Source: Phycisphaerae bacterium (GTDB lineage Bacteria > Planctomycetota > Phycisphaerae > UBA1845 > Fen-1342). From it: a DNA stretch of 64,000 bases. The stretch is from positions 96,001 to 160,000 of the forward strand of contig CAXXWX010000003.1 of the NCBI GenBank assembly GCA_963675745.2, in the 5' to 3' direction. The notes below the pieces were generated by a model. The model was not told where the DNA came from. It searched no databases and saw only the letters and a program-made list of their open reading frames with translations. Of this stretch, positions 58,315-64,000 are shown one piece after another. Position 1 is the first letter of the stretch. Each line of letters starts with the position of its first letter. Both the position numbers and the translations under genes were made by a program.

Positions 58315-60270
58315 TCACTCCCATTCATCCAGTGCCCGGCGCACCTCGGCCAGGCGTTCCGCCGAAATGCCGAACAGCATCTGGTCATCGAGCCGGGCCG
58401 TGAGGTTGACGAGTTGTTCTTGCACCACGACTCCAATCAACTCGTTGCGCGCGATCTCATATTGCTTCTCCTTGAGCTCCTCGGCGATGCGTTTCATGTA
58501 GGTGCCCAGGGCTCCCTCGGTCATGAGCGATACCACGCCGAACATGGCCGGTGCCAGCAGGAGGTCGTTCACCGTGGCGCCGCCGGTCTTGATCGCCAGC
58601 GCGATTGAGCCGGCATCCGCGGTGACGCGTGCGGCGCGCAGCACGTTCAGCAGCTTCGGTCGCTCCTTCAAAGCCTCGTACAGCCGCCCCGCCGCCACGT
58701 GAATCGCGTGCTGGGTCTGTTCGTCGTGTTCGCGCGCGGCCTGTTGGAACAGGTCGCGCAGGCGCGGCGACTCGGCCTCCAACTGTCGCCCCAATGCCTG
58801 CCACACGACCGCGGTGGCCTTTGACCGGTCGCCACGCCGCGCGACTTCGCACTGCATGTGCGTTAGCAGTTTCTCAATCTCGTCATAGAGAAACACCTGC
58901 TCGTTGGAGAGCCCATGCGCCGAAGCCTGCCGGTTCTGATCAAACAGGACCCGCCCCATGCGCCATACCTGTCGCGCCGGCCAGGTCACAACCTGGCGCA
59001 CCTGCGTAAGCGCGTTGCCCACGCCGGGGATTTCCAGAAGCGTCAGCAACTCGGCCGTCGCGCGCCGAAACCCATCGTATCGCCGCGGGTGATCGAGATA
59101 ATCACGCCGATACGCGCTCAGCAGCGCTGCCAATGCCTCAGCAACGAGCGTCTTCCATTCATCAAGCGCGGCGTGCTCCCGCTCAATCGGGGCGGTCCAC
59201 GCGTCCCAGTGCTGTCGGACGAGCCCGGCGGCGTGGGCCGGCCACTTTGCCCGATCGGCCCGCGCCAGTCCGTCGGCCACACACTCGCGCAATTCACGCT
59301 GCGCTGGCGGTGATTTCGCCGGGGCGCTCAGTTCCGGGTCGTAGCCGATACGCACGATGGGCGTTTCGAACTCGGCCCACTTGTGCTCGCGCAGCCGATG
59401 GTGCAGGGCCATCACGATCGCGTCGGTCGCATCGCTGGTGAGCTTGTTGGCACAGATGATCAGCGGCCGTCCGAGCGGCGCGAGCAACTGGAGCAGTCGC
59501 CATACCGACAAGTCGGAGTATTTCTCCTTGCTCACGACCAGCAGATAGGCGTCCGCCGCCGCGATCGCCGACAGGAGGCCTTCTCGATATTCCCGCGCCG
59601 CCAGCGAATCAAAGTCGGGTGTGTCCCAGATGACGCAGTGCGGCAGCGTGCCCGACCGCGCTTCGGCATTTGGCGTCGCGAGCGGTGCCGCCGGCTCAAC
59701 GACGGTCAGCGCGTACGCGCGCAGATTGTCGCGAGTCAGTGCGCTCAGGTCGCAACGCTGCCAGCCGCGGAAGATCAACTCGGCCCAGCGCCTATCGTGC
59801 GCGCCGTCGGACGTCACGCGGTCACTCTCGGCCGCATCGAAGAGCGTTTCTATTGGCTTGTGGAGCGTGGCCGGCTCGTCTGATGAGCCGCTCTCGGGCT
59901 GCCAGAATCCCTGCGGGTGAATAGTGAACCCGGCGAGCGGGCTGACCTCGGCAAGTGATTGTCCCAGCAGGACGTTTACGATCGTGCTCTTGCCGGTTTG
60001 CGTCGGTCCGATGACGGCAAGCTGCCGCGGCCAATTCAGGTGGTAGCGATCGTCGGATGCGACATGACGAAGAACCGCTTCGGCTAGCTGCAATTCCGCC
60101 AGTCGGGCATCGCTGGTCTCGCGATCACGCAGAGCGGGATGGTCCGTTTCGCGCAGCCGCCGGTAGCGCTCCAGCAGAGCGCTGACAAACGCGTGCACCG
60201 ACGCCGCGGGCTTGACGGGCGCTTTGCTCGCACCTGCGGCCGGGCCTGCCGATGATTCGTTCGCGTTCAC
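58315..60270 (-). CDS. Dynamin-like GTPase-domain protein
   Basis: G1 GPTQTGKST, G2 GFT, G3 DTPDFDS, SKEKYSD, G4 ANK. Long helical stalk and a hydrophobic C-terminal segment. Confidence 0.82.
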   Translation of the reverse strand: MNANESSAGPAAGASKAPVKPAASVHAFVSALLERYRRLRETDHPALRDRETSDARLAELQLAEAVLRHVASDDRYHLNWPRQLAVIGPTQTGKSTIVNVLLGQSLAEVSPLAGFTIHPQGFWQPESGSSDEPATLHKPIETLFDAAESDRVTSDGAHDRRWAELIFRGWQRCDLSALTRDNLRAYALTVVEPAAPLATPNAEARSGTLPHCVIWDTPDFDSLAAREYREGLLSAIAAADAYLLVVSKEKYSDLSVWRLLQLLAPLGRPLIICANKLTSDATDAIVMALHHRLREHKWAEFETPIVRIGYDPELSAPAKSPPAQRELRECVADGLARADRAKWPAHAAGLVRQHWDAWTAPIEREHAALDEWKTLVAEALAALLSAYRRDYLDHPRRYDGFRRATAELLTLLEIPGVGNALTQVRQVVTWPARQVWRMGRVLFDQNRQASAHGLSNEQVFLYDEIEKLLTHMQCEVARRGDRSKATAVVWQALGRQLEAESPRLRDLFQQAAREHDEQTQHAIHVAAGRLYEALKERPKLLNVLRAARVTADAGSIALAIKTGGATVNDLLLAPAMFGVVSLMTEGALGTYMKRIAEELKEKQYEIARNELIGVVVQEQLVNLTARLDDQMLFGISAERLAEVRRALDEWE

Positions 60271-60355
60271 AGCAGGGTATTCTGCGCCAGACAGCGATCA
60301 TTCGACAGTCTAAGCCCAACTAATTACATCATTCACACCAAACCGCCAAATCCCA

Positions 60356-60450
60356 GCCTCGTGGCCTTGTGGCCTCGTGGCCTCGTGGCCTCGTGGCCTC
60401 GTTGCCTGTTGCCTTGCTGCCTCGTTGCCTTGCCGCCTTGCCGCCTGCCC
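60356..60450. repeat. Octamer tandem repeat (GCCTCGTG drifting to GCCTTGCC), about 12 units
   Basis: gcctcgtg gccttgtg gcctcgtg x3 gcctcgtt gcctgtt gccttgct gcctcgtt gccttgcc x2 gcctgccc. Confidence 0.9.
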
Positions 60451-60545
60451 CCCCATTCACCCAGCAGTTCCCATCAACGTATTGGCACGCGCGTCGCGCA
60501 CTCATATACTCCGCGTTCCTGGCGAGCCCGTTGGAGGCGATAGTA

Positions 60546-60770
60546 GTGCCCATATACGAGTACACTTGTGGCGCATGTGGCGCGGAGTTCGAAGAGCTGG
60601 TCCAATCATCTGCCGCCGAGCGCAAGCTGCGCTGCGTCAAGTGCCGCAGCAAGGAGATAAAGCGGCGCCTCAGTGTGCCGGCCGCACCGCACGTGGCGAC
60701 CGCCTCGCGACCGGCGCCGGGCCCCTGCGGCCGTTGCGGCGAGTCGCCCGACGCCTGCCCGTTTAAGTGA
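60546..60770 (+). CDS. FmdB-family zinc-ribbon protein
   Basis: GTG-PIYEYTCGACG.EFEELV...CVKC.S..I.R.LS...CGRCG...C. GGAGG RBS. Confidence 0.88.
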   Translation: MPIYEYTCGACGAEFEELVQSSAAERKLRCVKCRSKEIKRRLSVPAAPHVATASRPAPGPCGRCGESPDACPFK

Positions 60771-60790
60771 CCCGTCAGACAGGATTCGTG

Positions 60791-61291
60791 ATGGCCCAGT
60801 CCACACCAAACGTTGACAAGATGATCCAGGCGGGAGTTGTAGCGTGGCTGATACCGGGTGGCGGCCATTTCATTCTCGGCCACCGCGCGTTGGCGGTCGT
60901 GTTCTGGGCGGCGATCAGCTTCGCCTTTATCGCTGGACTGGCTTTCGGCGGTCTGAAGAACTCGGTCAATCCTTACACCAACCGTTGGCTCTTTCTCGCC
61001 GAGATGGGCGCCGGCGGTTACACGGTTGTCTCGTACGTCGCCAATCTCACCATCGGAGAGGTCAAGCCGCAGGACCTCGCCACACAGCAACTGCGCGACA
61101 AAATCCCACCCGACACATACGTGAAATACGTGAGTTTCTACCCGGCGTCGGACGTGGCGCAGATCTACCTCGCCGCCGCCGGCCTGTTGAACCTGCTGGC
61201 GATTCTCGACGCGCTGACCCGCGCTCAGACCGGTGGATTGCCGACTTACTACCGCGAACTGTCTGACAACGCGTCAACCGGCAAGGGCTAA
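60791..61291 (+). CDS. Membrane protein (DUF6677-like)
   Basis: AWLIPGGGHF.LG...A; C-terminal Y...AGLLNLLAILDA. Confidence 0.7.
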   Translation: MAQSTPNVDKMIQAGVVAWLIPGGGHFILGHRALAVVFWAAISFAFIAGLAFGGLKNSVNPYTNRWLFLAEMGAGGYTVVSYVANLTIGEVKPQDLATQQLRDKIPPDTYVKYVSFYPASDVAQIYLAAAGLLNLLAILDALTRAQTGGLPTYYRELSDNASTGKG

Positions 61292-61292
61292 C

Positions 61293-61541
61293 GTGAACCT
61301 GGCGGACATGTACATCCCGATTCTGCACGCCTGGCCCTGGCCGATCACACCCGCCGGCAAATTGTGGCTGTTTCTGCCGCTGGTTATGTGTGTGGCGGTC
61401 GTTTACCGCGCGACGCGGTCGCGGACTGTACGCCACCTGCCGTGGGACACGCTGGTCACGTTCATCAACATAGTCGTCGGAATGTGCGTGATCGCGATCG
61501 CCTTCTATGTCACCTACGAGGTGGTGATCTACTTCTTCTAG
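61293..61541 (+). CDS. Small two-TM membrane protein
   Basis: WLFLPLVMCVAVVYRATR...second TM. Starts 1 nt after the upstream stop. Confidence 0.7.
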   Translation: MNLADMYIPILHAWPWPITPAGKLWLFLPLVMCVAVVYRATRSRTVRHLPWDTLVTFINIVVGMCVIAIAFYVTYEVVIYFF

Positions 61542-61607
61542 CGCCGTTTCCACCGGAGCAGCATCGCAACTCGCGCGGCGAATCGTCGCACCGTGTAACG
61601 GACTGCT

Positions 61608-61802
61608 CGGCGCAAAAGCGTAGCGGCCGGCGCAAAAGCGTAACGGCCGGCGCCTCGCCGGCCGCCGAATGCCGAGCGTGCCACGTCGCACCGACGGCCT
61701 GCGAGGCGCAGGCCGCTACAGTGCTGTGCACGCGGCCGCTACGGTGTTGGGTGTGCGACCGCTAGCGTAACGGCCGGCGCCTCGCCGGCCGCCGAATGCC
61801 GA
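61608..61802. repeat. REP/BIME-like cluster, GTA(G/A)-foot family
   Basis: 20-bp tandem cggcgcaaaagcgtaRcggc. agcgtaacggccggcgcctcgccggccgccgaatgccga occurs at about 61637-61675 and 61764-61802. Inverted unit at 61691-61720. Confidence 0.8.
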
Positions 61803-61857
61803 TCATGCCGCGTCGAGTATCGAGACCGCCATATCGCCCCGCCGGAGGCTCCACCCC

Positions 61858-62493
61858 GTGAAGAAACTCTGCCCGAAGATCATCCTCGAAGGCACACGCC
61901 TGACCTTCAAGACCGAACTTGCGTTCGCGCTGAACGAGCATCCGCGCATCGTCGGGCCACGCCGCTATCGCTACCACTCGCCGGTGATTTCCGCTGAGTG
62001 GTGCGGCTTTACGAACGTTCCGTGGGGTCGCGGGCTGGTCAACTTCGATCCGGATTCGGAAGAGCAGCTCGCGCTGGAGACCTATGAAACCTGGCTGCGG
62101 CTGTTCGAGCTCCAACGATACTACTCATGGATCGTCGATCGCTTTCACATCTCGACGCGCGTTTACCAGATGCGCGCCAACGGATGGGATTACGACTTCC
62201 GCTGGATTGAGCAACGTCTGCTGCCGCTCGGATTCCATATCGTGCTGTGTACGCGAACGCCGGGATCGTTCGCGGCGGCGCGGCGCCAGCGACTGCGCGT
62301 GTCGGGTAATCCGGCGCAATACAACGACCTCGACGAGTTCATCGACGAGCAAGACACATATCGCGAGCTTGCCGCCGACTCGTTGCTGCCGGTCCGCGAG
62401 ATCGACATGTCGCACAACGACGTCGCGCGGGCGGCCGATGAGGTGGCCGACTGGCTGACGGAGTCGGGCGGGCTGTGGGCACCGCAGCCATAA
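61858..62493 (+). CDS. Thymidylate/nucleoside-kinase-like protein with an atypical P-loop
   Basis: KIILEGTRLTFKT at the N-terminus; WIVDRFHISTRVYQ resembles the TMK DR..S..YQ motif. Confidence 0.65.
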   Translation: MKKLCPKIILEGTRLTFKTELAFALNEHPRIVGPRRYRYHSPVISAEWCGFTNVPWGRGLVNFDPDSEEQLALETYETWLRLFELQRYYSWIVDRFHISTRVYQMRANGWDYDFRWIEQRLLPLGFHIVLCTRTPGSFAAARRQRLRVSGNPAQYNDLDEFIDEQDTYRELAADSLLPVREIDMSHNDVARAADEVADWLTESGGLWAPQP

Positions 62494-62671
62494 CGCCTCA
62501 GCGACGGTTTTGGTACGTCTCGCGGCGACCAACGCCGATAAGATCCAGCATAGGCCCGGCACGCGTGACGATGTTGGCCGGCGCGAAGCGTTCGCAGCCC
62601 GGCGGGGCCGAGCAGTCCGGCCCGCCAGCCCTAAATGCGACCCGGCGCATCGTTTACCGCCAAGAAGACGG

Positions 62672-62700
62672 TTGCCCACGTGCGTGAAACGTGTTATGAT
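62672..62700 (+). promoter_or_regulatory. Putative sigma70 promoter
   Basis: TTGCCC, 17 bp, TATGAT, with an extended -10 TG. Confidence 0.5.
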
Positions 62701-62810
62701 TTTGTTGTAGAAGCACAAGTCGCTCTGTGCGGCGAGCGCGGCGGCGACCACAGATCGGTCGATGTGTGCTCAAAACGGCCAGTCATTTCCTACAGCGTAG
62801 GAGCGAGGTC

Positions 62811-63848
62811 ATGGTATCGGCTTCCGTTAACAGGAACACCATGAAAGGCTTCACCCTGATCGAGCTGCTCGTAGTGGTGGCCATCATCGCACTGCTGATC
62901 TCGATCCTGCTACCAAGCCTCACCGATGCGCGCGAGCAAGCCAGAAAGGTCAAGTGCGGCGCGAATCTCCATGGGTTGGCGCAAGCGATGATGCTTTGCG
63001 CGAACGAGAATGAGGGATACTTCCCGACCTGGGACGACGAGGCCAAGTACGCATACCAAGACCCCAAAACCGGTTTCTCAATGATGGCGTCCTGGGCGGA
63101 CACGCTCTTCGACCTCGGTTACGCCGCGAACCGAGATATGCAGTTGTGTCCAACTCGTAGAAAAGATGAGTACTTCTCGTCAAACCGCGGCAAGGCCTGG
63201 GGCACCGGGTACGTGAACCGGTTTGGCGTTGGCGAGGACTTCAAGCCCGGCAACTACACGGCGTACGGCCTCAGAACGCCTTGGTGCATTACAACTGGGA
63301 GGCGGATCTCACTGGGAAACGAGACGCGCCAGATCTATGGCCATGGACGCCGCCTGGACGTGGTTCGGGAACATAAACGCCGCGTATATGCTGAAAGATA
63401 CGATTGGTTGGCCCATGCCGGGCGAGCCGTACGAGACTCCAGACTGGGATTCCACAATGCACGCGTGGCGCCACGGGCGACAACGTCAGTCGCAGGCCGC
63501 GTTCCTCGACGGCCACGTCGAAGCGATTACGCCCAAGGTTCCGCACAATTTCATGGAGCTGTTTTTTGAGACCGTGGACACGGAGCGTTACTTTACGTGG
63601 CTTCCCGGCGAGTTGCCGCTGCGTCACTGTTGGGAACCATACAGAGGAATCGTCACGGAGTGGACCGGTAGACTGCCGAAGTTCGCGGCAAGGGCGGAGG
63701 CGATCATCCGCGGAGCTATCCCGACGAGCTCAGTACCCGCTGGCGCAGCGGGATGGACCCCAGCTACGTCGGAGCAGGTGTGATTTACGACCGGTACAAT
63801 GGTGAGCAACGCTGGCGAGAGTTTCCCGGCGGGCTGAAGCGCAAGTAG
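62811..63848 (+). CDS. Prepilin-type N-terminal cleavage/methylation protein (DUF1559-like, H-X9-DG-type motif) with several frameshifts
   Basis: [31 protein letters not shown]...C..NL. WRHG.....AAFLDGHVE lies in a second frame. The tail SYPDELST...GLKRK* lies in a third frame ending at TAG63848. Confidence 0.85.
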
Positions 63849-63871
63849 GAGACACCTGGCGGGAGCATGCT

Positions 63872-64000
63872 TTGAAGCGTACACCCCTTCTTCTGGTCGT
63901 TGCCGCGCTGCTGGCCCTGGTTCTTATCCTTCGAGTCGTCTGGACGAACGATGAGATTCCCGATACGGGGCGCATTCGCGTCATCGGTGTGAGCCTCGCA
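63872..64000 (+). CDS. Partial ORF with an N-terminal signal/TM (runs off the window)
   Basis: GGAG RBS, then TTG-KRTPLLLVVAALLALVLILRVVWTNDE..., open to the window end. Confidence 0.55.
   Translation, partial: MKRTPLLLVVAALLALVLILRVVWTNDEIPDTGRIRVIGVSLA

Noticed and set aside
61608..61802. Possible CRISPR array
   Set aside because: Only two long direct copies with a 127-bp period, mixed orientations and no cas genes. It fits REP/BIME better.

Overview
GC-rich bacterial chromosomal window, most likely from a planctomycete (Phycisphaerae-like). This is inferred from a prepilin/DUF1559-type gene, a C-x2-C-x-YDLR...CPECG membrane protein and many secreted TPR proteins and lipoproteins. Most of the window is housekeeping and envelope genes: groES-like (partial), larB, nnrD, dtd, dus, glpX, cysS, folD, rpmF-plsX-fabH-fabD-fabG-pfkA, hisS, lnt, glyA, truA and the RNase P RNA (rnpB). 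It also holds an exopolysaccharide/exosortase locus (wza-xrt-epsI-TPR-wzc, with an acetyltransferase and a CapD/PglF dehydratase nearby), an ECF sigma/anti-sigma/STN-domain operon, an integrin-like FG-GAP lipoprotein and a tandem pair of dynamin-like GTPases. I saw no tRNA, rRNA, CRISPR array, integrase or transposase. The most notable observations are: (1) two interleaved short duplications upstream of rnpB that look like two alternative cassettes stacked in one slot; (2) the dynamin-like GTPase pair; (3) a FolD lacking the cyclohydrolase residues; (4) a dif-like site inside a possibly structured intergenic region; (5) several REP-like palindrome families and 7/8-mer tandem-repeat tracts. Five genes carry indels that look like assembly consensus errors. 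All calls come from reading the sequence by eye; no database search was run.
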